From: Hyphomicrobiales bacterium
Lineage (GTDB): Bacteria > Pseudomonadota > Alphaproteobacteria > Rhizobiales > UBA4765
Length of the DNA stretch: 64,000 nt
Direction of reading: 5' to 3'
NCBI GenBank assembly: GCA_019748135.1
Contig: JAIEPZ010000018.1
Span: 12,902-76,901, forward strand
The translations under genes and the position numbers were made by a program. Under the pieces are notes generated by a model. It did no database searches and had not been told where the DNA came from. It saw only the letters and a program-made list of their open reading frames with translations. Shown piece after piece: positions 27,461-34,881 of this stretch; the first letter of the stretch is position 1; the number at the start of each line of letters is the position of its first letter.

Positions 27461-28345
27461 ATGCATATCCACGTAACTCACGAGACGATTTATACGTATC
27501 GCTCGCCCGTCAATCACCTCATCCAGATCCTCCGCCTCACCCCGCGCGGCCATGTCGGTCAATATGTCGGGAATTGGCGCCTTGAAATCGGCGCAGAATG
27601 CCGCGTCATCCGCGACGAGGACTCCTTCGGCAACATCACCCATGCCTTTTCCATCGACCGCGAGACCGCGAGCCTTCGTGTCATCGCCGAAGGCGATATC
27701 GAAACCGAGGACACAAACGGCGTTGTCCACGGCGCCGTCGAACGGCTTCCCCGCGAATTCTACCTGCGCTCGAGCACGCTCACCGAAGCCGACGCCGCGC
27801 TGCGCCAACTCGCCACCAGCCATGCCGGCGCAGCCAGCCGCGATCAACTCGCCGCCCTCCATGCTCTGATGCTCGATCTCCACCGGATGATCACCTTCAA
27901 CACCAGCGCAACGACACCGGCCACGAGCGCCCGCGAGGCTTTCGCCGCCCGCCAGGGTGTGTGTCAGGATTTCGCCCAGATTTTTGTCACCATCAGTCGG
28001 GCGCTGGGCATCCCGGCGCGTTTCGTTGGTGGCTATCTCCTGCGTTCAGATGACAGTGCCCAGCAGACCGCAGGGCATGCCTGGGCCGAGGCCTATGTCA
28101 ACGGCCTTGGTTGGGTTGGCTTTGATGCTGCCAACTGCGTCTGCGTCACCGGGGACTATGTGCGGGTGGCGGCTGGGCTTGATTCACTTGATGCCACGCC
28201 GGTGCGCGGGGCGCAGCGCGGCGGTGATGGCGAAGCAATGAGTGTCCGGGTAAAGGTCGAACCGCTGCAGGCCGTGCGCAGCCCCCGCCCTATCCCGGTA
28301 ACCCAATCGCAATCGCAGGCATCATTTCCACCATCCCTGTCCTGA
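27461..28345 (+). CDS. transglutaminase family protein (N-terminal Bact_transglu_N-like + core)
   Basis: 'MHIHVTHETIYTYRSPV'. Triad candidates are 'GVCQDFAQIF', 'GHAWAEAY' and 'GFDAAN'. Confidence 0.9.
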   Translation: MHIHVTHETIYTYRSPVNHLIQILRLTPRGHVGQYVGNWRLEIGAECRVIRDEDSFGNITHAFSIDRETASLRVIAEGDIETEDTNGVVHGAVERLPREFYLRSSTLTEADAALRQLATSHAGAASRDQLAALHALMLDLHRMITFNTSATTPATSAREAFAARQGVCQDFAQIFVTISRALGIPARFVGGYLLRSDDSAQQTAGHAWAEAYVNGLGWVGFDAANCVCVTGDYVRVAAGLDSLDATPVRGAQRGGDGEAMSVRVKVEPLQAVRSPRPIPVTQSQSQASFPPSLS

Positions 28346-28441
28346 CCAAGTTGTGCAACCCGCTTCCCATTGCTAAGGCCAGCGCTCGGCCCTGCATTCG
28401 CGGGCAAGGTGCCTTGGGCAAGCAGCAAGGGAGAGCAAACG

Positions 28442-29191
28442 ATGACCTATTGCGTCGGCATTCTGGTCAAGGACGGCATCGTGCTCATCGCCGACACCCG
28501 CACCAATGCCGGTTTCGATGACGTATCGACCTATCGCAAGCTCCATGTCTTCTCGCGCCCCGGCGAAAAGCTGATCGCGCTTGCCACCGCCGGCAATCTG
28601 GCGGTGACGCAATCGGTCATTTCCATGGTGAGCGAGGGCATCAAGAACGAGGAAGGGACGATCGAAACCCTGCTCGATCAGCCCACCATGTTCAAGGCCG
28701 CCCAGTTTGTCGGGCGCGCCATTCGCGCTGTGTATGACGTGGACGGTCAGATGCTGTCGCAGACCGGCGCCAGCTTTGATGTCAGCATGCTGATGGCGGG
28801 CGAGATCAAGGGCGAGGCCATGCGCCTTTTCATGATCTACCGCGCCGGCAATTTCATCGAGGCCACCGCCGACACCTGTTATTTGCAGATCGGCGAGCAC
28901 AAATACGGCAAGCCCATTCTCGACCGTGCTGTCAAATTCGACACCGAAATCTATGACGCGCTGAAGCTTGGCCTCATCTCGATGGATTCAACCATGCGCT
29001 CCAACCTCAGCGTCGGCCTGCCCATCGACATGCTCGTGGCGCGCCGTGGCGCTTGCGCTCCCGAACTTGCCACAAGGATCGAAGCGGGAGAGCCTTATTT
29101 TCACGATCTGCGCGAGCGCTGGTCAGCCGCCCTCCGCGCTGCCCATCTTGCAATTCCGCGCCCGCCCTACAAACAGGCGGCGCAGAAATAA
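28442..29191 (+). CDS. Anbu-type proteasome beta-subunit homologue (peptidase)
   Basis: 'MTYCVGILVKDGIVLIADTRTNAG' places the Thr nucleophile directly after the initiator Met, so no propeptide. Start set at the ATG at 28442. Confidence 0.85.
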   Translation: MTYCVGILVKDGIVLIADTRTNAGFDDVSTYRKLHVFSRPGEKLIALATAGNLAVTQSVISMVSEGIKNEEGTIETLLDQPTMFKAAQFVGRAIRAVYDVDGQMLSQTGASFDVSMLMAGEIKGEAMRLFMIYRAGNFIEATADTCYLQIGEHKYGKPILDRAVKFDTEIYDALKLGLISMDSTMRSNLSVGLPIDMLVARRGACAPELATRIEAGEPYFHDLRERWSAALRAAHLAIPRPPYKQAAQK

Positions 29192-29230
29192 GAAAGCCCG
29201 CGCCATTCAATCCCATCCACCGGAACGCCT

Positions 29231-30394
29231 ATGCGCATCATCGATATCCGCGAGATAACGAAGCCCATCGCCTCGCCTATCCGCAATGCCTATATCGATT
29301 TTTCAAAAATGACGACGAGCCTGGTTGCCGTCATCACCGATGTGGTGCGCGGCGGCGAGCGCGTCATTGGCTACGGCTTCAACTCCAATGGCCGCTATGG
29401 TCAGGGCGGGCTCATCCGCGAGCGCTTCCGCGATCGCATTTTGGCGGCAGACCCCGCAAGTTTGATCGATGAGGCCAATGACAATCTCTGCCCGCACAGG
29501 ATCTGGGCAGCGATGATGGCCAATGAAAAGCCCGGCGGCCATGGCGAGCGCTCGGTGGCGGTGGGCACGATCGACATGGCGGTATGGGATGCGGTGGCAA
29601 AAATCGCCGGCAAGCCCCTCTTCCGCCTGCTTGCCGAGCGCAAAGGCCGCACTGCAAATCCGAAGGTCTTCGTCTATGCCGCCGGCGGATATTATTACCC
29701 CGGCAAGGATGACAGCGCACTCTGCGCCGAGATGCGCTCCTATGTTGAGCGCGGCTATAACGTCGTCAAGATGAAGATCGGCGGCGCCAGCCTCACTGAG
29801 GATCAGCGGCGCATCGAGGCCGTGCTGCGCGAGATCGACGGCAAGGCGCAACTGGCGGTTGACGCTAACGGCCGCTTCAATCTTGAAACCGCCATCGCCT
29901 ACGCCAAAATGTTGCGCGCCTACAATCTCTTCTGGTTCGAGGAGATCGGCGATCCGCTCGATTACGCGCTACAGGCGGCAATCAGCGAATTCTATCCCGG
30001 AGCGATGGCAACGGGGGAAAACCTCTTCTCGCATCAGGATGCGCGCAATCTGCTGCGTCATGGCGGCATGCGCCCTGACCGCGACTGGCTTCAATTTGAC
30101 TGCGCGCTTTCCTATGGCCTTGTTGAATATCTGCGCACGCTCGATGTCGTCCACCAGGCCGGCTGGTCGCCCTCTCGCTTGATCCCCCATGGCGGCCACC
30201 AGATGTCGCTCAACATCGCCGCCGGCCTCGGCCTGGGCGGCAATGAAAGCTACCCCGATCTCTTCCAGCCCTATGGCGGCTTCCCCGACGGGGTTGACGT
30301 CATCGATGGCCATATCACCATGCCAGACCTTCCGGGCATCGGCTTTGAGGGCAAAGCGAACCTCATCAAGGTGATGCGCGAACTGGCGGCGTGA
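29231..30394 (+). CDS. enolase-superfamily (mandelate racemase/MLE) enzyme, D-tartrate-dehydratase-like
   Basis: 'VKMKIGG', 'LAVDANGRF', 'FWFEEIGDP' and 'TGENLFS' are metal-ligand/acid-base motifs. The overall pattern recalls the TarD subgroup, from memory only. Confidence 0.8.
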   Translation: MRIIDIREITKPIASPIRNAYIDFSKMTTSLVAVITDVVRGGERVIGYGFNSNGRYGQGGLIRERFRDRILAADPASLIDEANDNLCPHRIWAAMMANEKPGGHGERSVAVGTIDMAVWDAVAKIAGKPLFRLLAERKGRTANPKVFVYAAGGYYYPGKDDSALCAEMRSYVERGYNVVKMKIGGASLTEDQRRIEAVLREIDGKAQLAVDANGRFNLETAIAYAKMLRAYNLFWFEEIGDPLDYALQAAISEFYPGAMATGENLFSHQDARNLLRHGGMRPDRDWLQFDCALSYGLVEYLRTLDVVHQAGWSPSRLIPHGGHQMSLNIAAGLGLGGNESYPDLFQPYGGFPDGVDVIDGHITMPDLPGIGFEGKANLIKVMRELAA

Positions 30395-30568
30395 GGGAGA
30401 GACTGCCAGACCCGCATCGGCACGATGCGCGCAAGTCGTGTGGACGCGATGAGAAGAAGGCGGGATAAGGCACACGCCACGAAAATCACGTTGTGATGCG
30501 CCAAAGGCAATGACACACAAACCCACATTTGTGCTATATGGTACTCCGCTATGAAGGAGCCTTATGAC

Positions 30569-30820
30569 ATGAGCCGACTGACCATCGACGTCACCGACCA
30601 GCAGCACCAAACCCTGAAAGCCCTGGCTGCACTGGAAGGCAAGACAATCAAGCAATACGCTATCGAAAAACTATTTTCGCCGCACGCGGATCAGGAACAG
30701 GCGCTTGCCGAATTAAAGGCGCTTCTGCGCCAGCGCATCGCCGAGGCCGAATTCGGCGAAGTGGACCAGCGCAGCTTCGCAGAGATTGCCGCCGCCGTTC
30801 TCGATACGCGAAAGGCATGA
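30569..30820 (+). CDS. ribbon-helix-helix antitoxin (ParD/CopG-like)
   Basis: 'MSRLTIDVTDQQHQTLKALAALEGKTIKQYAIEKL'. AAGGAG lies upstream of the ATG at 30569. The stop overlaps the toxin start (ATGA). Confidence 0.7.
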   Translation: MSRLTIDVTDQQHQTLKALAALEGKTIKQYAIEKLFSPHADQEQALAELKALLRQRIAEAEFGEVDQRSFAEIAAAVLDTRKA

Positions 30821-31128
30821 GCAAGCCTTATCTGCTGGTAAAAGGCGCTTCCGCTGATCTGGAGGACATCATCCGCTTCACCAATGAACAATGGGGCGAG
30901 GCGCAATGCCGGTCTTACATTGATCAGCTCGAAAGAGCCGCCACCGCGCTTGCAAAAGGCGAAGGGGTCTTCAAGGAGTTACCTTCCATACACCCGATGC
31001 TTCGCATGGCGAAAAGCGGGCGACATTTCATTTTCTGCTTGCCGCGTTCCGGTAGCGTCCCGCTCATCCTTGCCATCTTGCATGAGCGCATGGATATCAT
31101 GGCGCGCCTTCAGAACCGACTGGGTTAA
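30817..31128 (+). CDS. parE: ParE/RelE-family toxin
   Basis: 103 aa. 'DLEDIIRFTNEQWGEAQ...YIDQL' and C-terminal 'GRHFIFCL...ILAILHERMD'. Confidence 0.8.
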   Translation: MSKPYLLVKGASADLEDIIRFTNEQWGEAQCRSYIDQLERAATALAKGEGVFKELPSIHPMLRMAKSGRHFIFCLPRSGSVPLILAILHERMDIMARLQNRLG

Positions 31129-31334
31129 AGCCGCGTCCACCTCCGGAGCGCAACCAGCGCCCATATCGCCTCAACCACGCCGAACGGCCAGGCCCCTTGC
31201 AGGAAGCCATAGGCTGAGCCAAGCGCGCAGGCGCCTGCAAACGCCAGCACGAACCAGGGGCTGCGCGCTTCAAGCGCATAGAAGATGAGCATCAGCGAAA
31301 CGGCGACAAGGCCGAAGAGGGTGAGAGCATCCAT
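31125..31334 (-). CDS. small two-TM membrane protein (hypothetical)
   Basis: 69 aa from the ATG at 31334, with two hydrophobic helices. The 3' end overlaps parE convergently. Confidence 0.5.
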   Translation of the reverse strand: MDALTLFGLVAVSLMLIFYALEARSPWFVLAFAGACALGSAYGFLQGAWPFGVVEAIWALVALRRWTRL

Positions 31335-31433
31335 GGGATGAGGATAACATCGTCGCTGGCGATAATAGAAACCGCCTTGGCAGGCCCACACAAAGCGAAT
31401 ACCTCTTCCGCCTCTTCCCTCCCGGGGCGGATC

Positions 31434-32729
31434 ATGAAAGCCAGCGCGCCCATCATTTCCATCGGCATTGATTTTGGCACCAGCAATACGGTCGTGGCGC
31501 TGGCCTCAGGCGATGGCCATGTGGAATCGATCCGCTTCGAGCATGGCGGCAAAAGCCACAGCGTCTATGTCTCGGCCCTGTGCTTCTGGGAGGAGCAGCC
31601 GGGCAGCGGCGCGCACGCCGAAGGCGGCCCCTGGGCGATCGAGCAATTCCTCGAAGGCCACCATGCCCACCGCTTCATCCAGTCTTTCAAGAGCTTTGCG
31701 GCAAGCGCCAGTTTTGATTCAACAATCATCTTCCGCCAGCGCTACCGCTTCGAGGATTTGCTGGCAGCCTTCCTGAGAACGCTTGCCCGCCACTGCGGCA
31801 AGCGGCTCGATTTTGCAAGCCCCTCCATCATCGTTGGCAGGCCCGTGCGCTTTGCTGGCGGCAACCCGGATGAGGCGCTTGCGCTTCAGCGCTACCAGCA
31901 GGCCTTCGAGCGGATGGGTGCTGGCCATGCCCGCTATGTCTATGAGCCGGTTGGCGCTGCCTTCTCCTTTGCCCGCCACCTCACCCATGATGCGACCGTG
32001 CTGGTCGCCGATTTCGGCGGCGGCACCAGCGATTTTTCCCTCATGCGTTTCTCGCGCGCAGGTGGCGTGCAGCGCGCCGAGGCGCTTGGCCATGGCGGCA
32101 TCGGCATTGCGGGCGACACCTTCGATTTCCGCATTGTAGATCACATCATTGCGCCGCGCCTTGGCAAGGGCAGTTCCTACCGCTCCTTCGACAAGGTGCT
32201 GCCCATTCCCAACCACTACTTCGCCAATCTGGCGCGCTGGCACAATCTGGCGATGATGAAGGGCAATGGCGATCTGCGCGAAATAAAAAAGCTCGCCCAT
32301 CTGGCGCTGGAGCCGGAGCGCCTGCAGGATTTCATCACCCTCGTTGATCTTGATCTGGGCTTTCTGCTCTACCGCGCCGTGTCGGACGCCAAGATGGCGC
32401 TCTCGGCTGAGGAGGAAGTAGAGTTCCGCTTCCAGACCAGCGGCCTTGATATTGCTTCGACCCTCACGCGGCAGGACTTCGAAGAGTGGATTGCTGACGA
32501 CATCGCGCGCATTGGCGCCACCATCGACACGGTTCTGGCGGAGGCCCATGTCACGCCCGATGAGGTGGAAAAGGTCTTCCTCACCGGCGGCACCTCTTTT
32601 GTGCCGGCCGTACGTCGCCTGTTCGATGAGCGCTTCGGGCATGAGCGGCTGATTGCAGCAGACCAGTTTGAATCGATTGCGAGCGGGCTAGCGCTCATTG
32701 GCGCAAATATTAACATTGCCCCCATATAA
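31434..32729 (+). CDS. Hsp70-family ATPase (YegD-like, no substrate-binding domain)
   Basis: Actin-fold motifs 'IGIDFGTSNTVVA', 'VADFGGGTSDFSL' and 'LTGGTSFVPAV'. About 430 aa, so it lacks the DnaK C-terminal domain. Confidence 0.85.
   Translation: MKASAPIISIGIDFGTSNTVVALASGDGHVESIRFEHGGKSHSVYVSALCFWEEQPGSGAHAEGGPWAIEQFLEGHHAHRFIQSFKSFAASASFDSTIIFRQRYRFEDLLAAFLRTLARHCGKRLDFASPSIIVGRPVRFAGGNPDEALALQRYQQAFERMGAGHARYVYEPVGAAFSFARHLTHDATVLVADFGGGTSDFSLMRFSRAGGVQRAEALGHGGIGIAGDTFDFRIVDHIIAPRLGKGSSYRSFDKVLPIPNHYFANLARWHNLAMMKGNGDLREIKKLAHLALEPERLQDFITLVDLDLGFLLYRAVSDAKMALSAEEEVEFRFQTSGLDIASTLTRQDFEEWIADDIARIGATIDTVLAEAHVTPDEVEKVFLTGGTSFVPAVRRLFDERFGHERLIAADQFESIASGLALIGANINIAPI
32690..32710. repeat. 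left border motif pair of the low-GC insertion
   Basis: AGCGCTCA (32690-97), then T, then TGGCGCAAATAT (32699-710). The same two motifs recur at 33119-33138 in swapped order. Confidence 0.6.
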
Positions 32730-33054
32730 AAACAATCAATAAAAAAACAGAAAAAATCAATGAAACAAGTATAACAGTAAATTCGTTACGGGCTTTTATC
32801 ATGTTTACTATGTCGGGATCTTTTTGCTCATCAGGAGTCAATTTGAATTTAGCTCCAAATGAAATTGCTCCGGGACCTGGGCTCGGCATGCCAGACAGTA
32901 AAAAATAGTAAATGTTGAACTTTGATTGTTTCTTATTCAATTTTCTTTGCAACTTCCTTGCGGGAAAATATAGACTAATAATCGTACAAGAAATTAAATA
33001 CACATAAAATGCGATAGACGGATAATTAGCATTTAATTGGCAAAATAACTTCAT
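32710..33054 (-). CDS. two-TM small protein encoded in the low-GC block (hypothetical; candidate toxin/cargo)
   Basis: A 114-codon ORF in ~30% GC DNA, where stop codons are frequent. TM segments are 'IAFYVYLISCTIISLYF' and 'FTVILVSLIFSVFLLIVFIW', with a K-rich loop. An AGG lies ~10 nt upstream of the ATG. Confidence 0.5.
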   Translation of the reverse strand: MKLFCQLNANYPSIAFYVYLISCTIISLYFPARKLQRKLNKKQSKFNIYYFLLSGMPSPGPGAISFGAKFKLTPDEQKDPDIVNMIKARNEFTVILVSLIFSVFLLIVFIWGQC

Positions 33055-33118
33055 GTTACGATTACCTGCGTTCGCCTAATCATCCTAATAATTACTATTA
33101 TGTATTTTTAAGCTGTTA
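32711..33118. other. low-GC inserted block (~0.4 kb)
   Basis: Hand counts of two 60-nt lines give ~28% and ~35% G+C, against >60% in the flanks. The breakpoints coincide with the last codons of the Hsp70-like gene and the stop codon of the DinJ-like gene. Confidence 0.7.
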
Positions 33119-33138
33119 TGGCGCATTTATAGCGCTCA
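33119..33138. repeat. right border motif pair of the low-GC insertion
   Basis: TGGCGCATTTAT (33119-30) followed directly by AGCGCTCA (33131-38). The TCA is the DinJ stop codon on the minus strand. Confidence 0.6.
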
Positions 33139-33399
33139 ATCTCCCTCACGCAGATCATCCATCAGGGCATCGATGGTCTTGAAGCGTGGCAATTTGCCTG
33201 CCCGCGCTTCACGCATGGCGGCGATGGTCGTCTCGTTCGGCACCAGAGGCTCGAACGGCAAGGCCTTTTCAGCCGCAATACGCATCATCATCATGCGAAA
33301 GGCATCGGATGCGGTGAGACCCATCGCGTCAAGCACGGCACTTGCCTCGTCTTTAATGCGCTGATTGATCCGCGCCCGTATCACTGCATTTTCAGCCAT
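33136..33399 (-). CDS. RelB/DinJ-family antitoxin
   Basis: 'VIRARINQRIKDEASAVLDAMGLTASDAFRMMMMRIAAEKALPFEP'. GAGGTG Shine-Dalgarno sequence upstream. Confidence 0.85.
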   Translation of the reverse strand: MAENAVIRARINQRIKDEASAVLDAMGLTASDAFRMMMMRIAAEKALPFEPLVPNETTIAAMREARAGKLPRFKTIDALMDDLREGD

Positions 33400-33412
33400 G
33401 TTTCACCTCTGC

Positions 33413-33425
33413 GCTACAATGTAGC
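33413..33425. promoter_or_regulatory. 13-bp perfect palindrome upstream of the dinJ-like gene (candidate operator)
   Basis: GCTACA-A-TGTAGC lies 14-26 nt upstream of the start codon. Confidence 0.35.
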
Positions 33426-33556
33426 ACAAATGGATATGACCGCAAAAGTTTCAAACAGCGCTGCCCCAACGCCTTGACTCATCCGCATATTCGACAAGTC
33501 TGTCGGGCCTAGACATTCACGCACGAGAACACCACGCAATCCGGGAGTATCCTCAC

Positions 33557-34312
33557 ATGACCCCCCCCCAGAAAGTCGCCATCGTCACGGGTGCCGGCAG
33601 CGGCATCGGCAAGGCAGCGAGCCTTGCCTTGGCGAGAGCGGGCTTCGCGGTGGGGCTTGCGGGCAGGCGCAAGGACGCGCTGGAGGCGGTCGTCAAGGCA
33701 GCCACCAACCCCGCCCTCATGCTGGCGCACGCCACCGACGTCGCCGACCCCGGCTCGGTCAAAAGCCTGTTTGCGGCGGTAAGAGAAAAATTCGGCCGGC
33801 TTGATCTCCTGTTCAACAATGCCGGCATCGGCGCGCCCGCGATCCCGATGGAGGACCTCACCTTCGAGCAGTGGAAGGCGGTAGTCGATATCAACCTCAC
33901 GGGGTCATTCCTGTGCACGCAGGAAGCCATCCGCATCATGAAGGATCAGACGCCACGCGGCGGGCGCATCATCAATAATGGCTCGATCTCGGCGCATGCC
34001 CCGCGCCCGAACTCCGTGCCCTATACCGCCACCAAGCACGCCATCACCGGGCTCACCAAATCAACCTCGCTTGACGGGCGCAGATACGACATCGCCTGCG
34101 GCCAGATCGACATCGGCAATGCCGCGACCGACATGGCCATGCGCATGGCCTCCGGCGTGCCGCAGGCCAATGGCGAGATCGCAATCGAGCCGCTGATGGA
34201 CCCCGAGCACGTGGCTGACACCATCGTCCACATGGCCTCGCTGCCGTTAACCGCAAACGTTCAGTTCGTCACCGTCATGGCAACGAAAATGCCCTTTGTT
34301 GGCAGGGGATAA
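33557..34312 (+). CDS. SDR family oxidoreductase
   Basis: '[11 protein letters not shown]', 'NNAG' and '[11 protein letters not shown]' (YxxxK). Confidence 0.9.
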   Translation: MTPPQKVAIVTGAGSGIGKAASLALARAGFAVGLAGRRKDALEAVVKAATNPALMLAHATDVADPGSVKSLFAAVREKFGRLDLLFNNAGIGAPAIPMEDLTFEQWKAVVDINLTGSFLCTQEAIRIMKDQTPRGGRIINNGSISAHAPRPNSVPYTATKHAITGLTKSTSLDGRRYDIACGQIDIGNAATDMAMRMASGVPQANGEIAIEPLMDPEHVADTIVHMASLPLTANVQFVTVMATKMPFVGRG

Positions 34313-34329
34313 CGGCGTCGGCTGAATCG

Positions 34330-34614
34330 TCAGTTGAGCGCCCACATGCCCGCCACCGGCTTGAGTTCGGCCGGCTTGATGAGGCGCGAATGGGCAACTG
34401 CCACTGAAAACAACCTGCCCTCGATCTCGCGCTGCCAGAAGCTGAGGAATTTGTTGAGGGTCGGAAAGCGCGGCGCCTCGTCATAATCCTGCCAGATGAA
34501 GGTTTGCAGCAGATGGGGATGATCGGGCATGCAGTAGAGAATATGCGCGGTGGTGAGGCCCGAGCCGCGCAATTGCGCCAGCAGATCTTTATCCATCACA
34601 GATAGGTCGGTCAT
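34330..34614 (-). CDS. Usg family protein
   Basis: 'TTAHILYCMPDHPHLLQTFIWQDYDEAPRFPTLNKFLSFW'. Start set at the ATG at 34614. Confidence 0.72.
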   Translation of the reverse strand: MTDLSVMDKDLLAQLRGSGLTTAHILYCMPDHPHLLQTFIWQDYDEAPRFPTLNKFLSFWQREIEGRLFSVAVAHSRLIKPAELKPVAGMWALN

Positions 34615-34881
34615 GGCTTGCTCCTCGATGAAGTGATCCTTCCTCGAATGCAGCCCCTCGCCGATCAAGTCCGACGCCTCCGCGCGTCTTTCGAACTCGT
34701 TCAGAGACTCAATTCGACGCCTGAAAGATTAAGAAAGTCTCACCCTGCCGACAGCGCGGCAGGCAGGGGGGAAAACGCTTTCCCTCACATCCGCGTGGGC
34801 GGGCATCTGCGGCCGCAATGGTGACGTAAAGAGATCGTGTTTGCGGGTCAGACACAGTATAAGAGCTGGAGGGAGCTCCGC

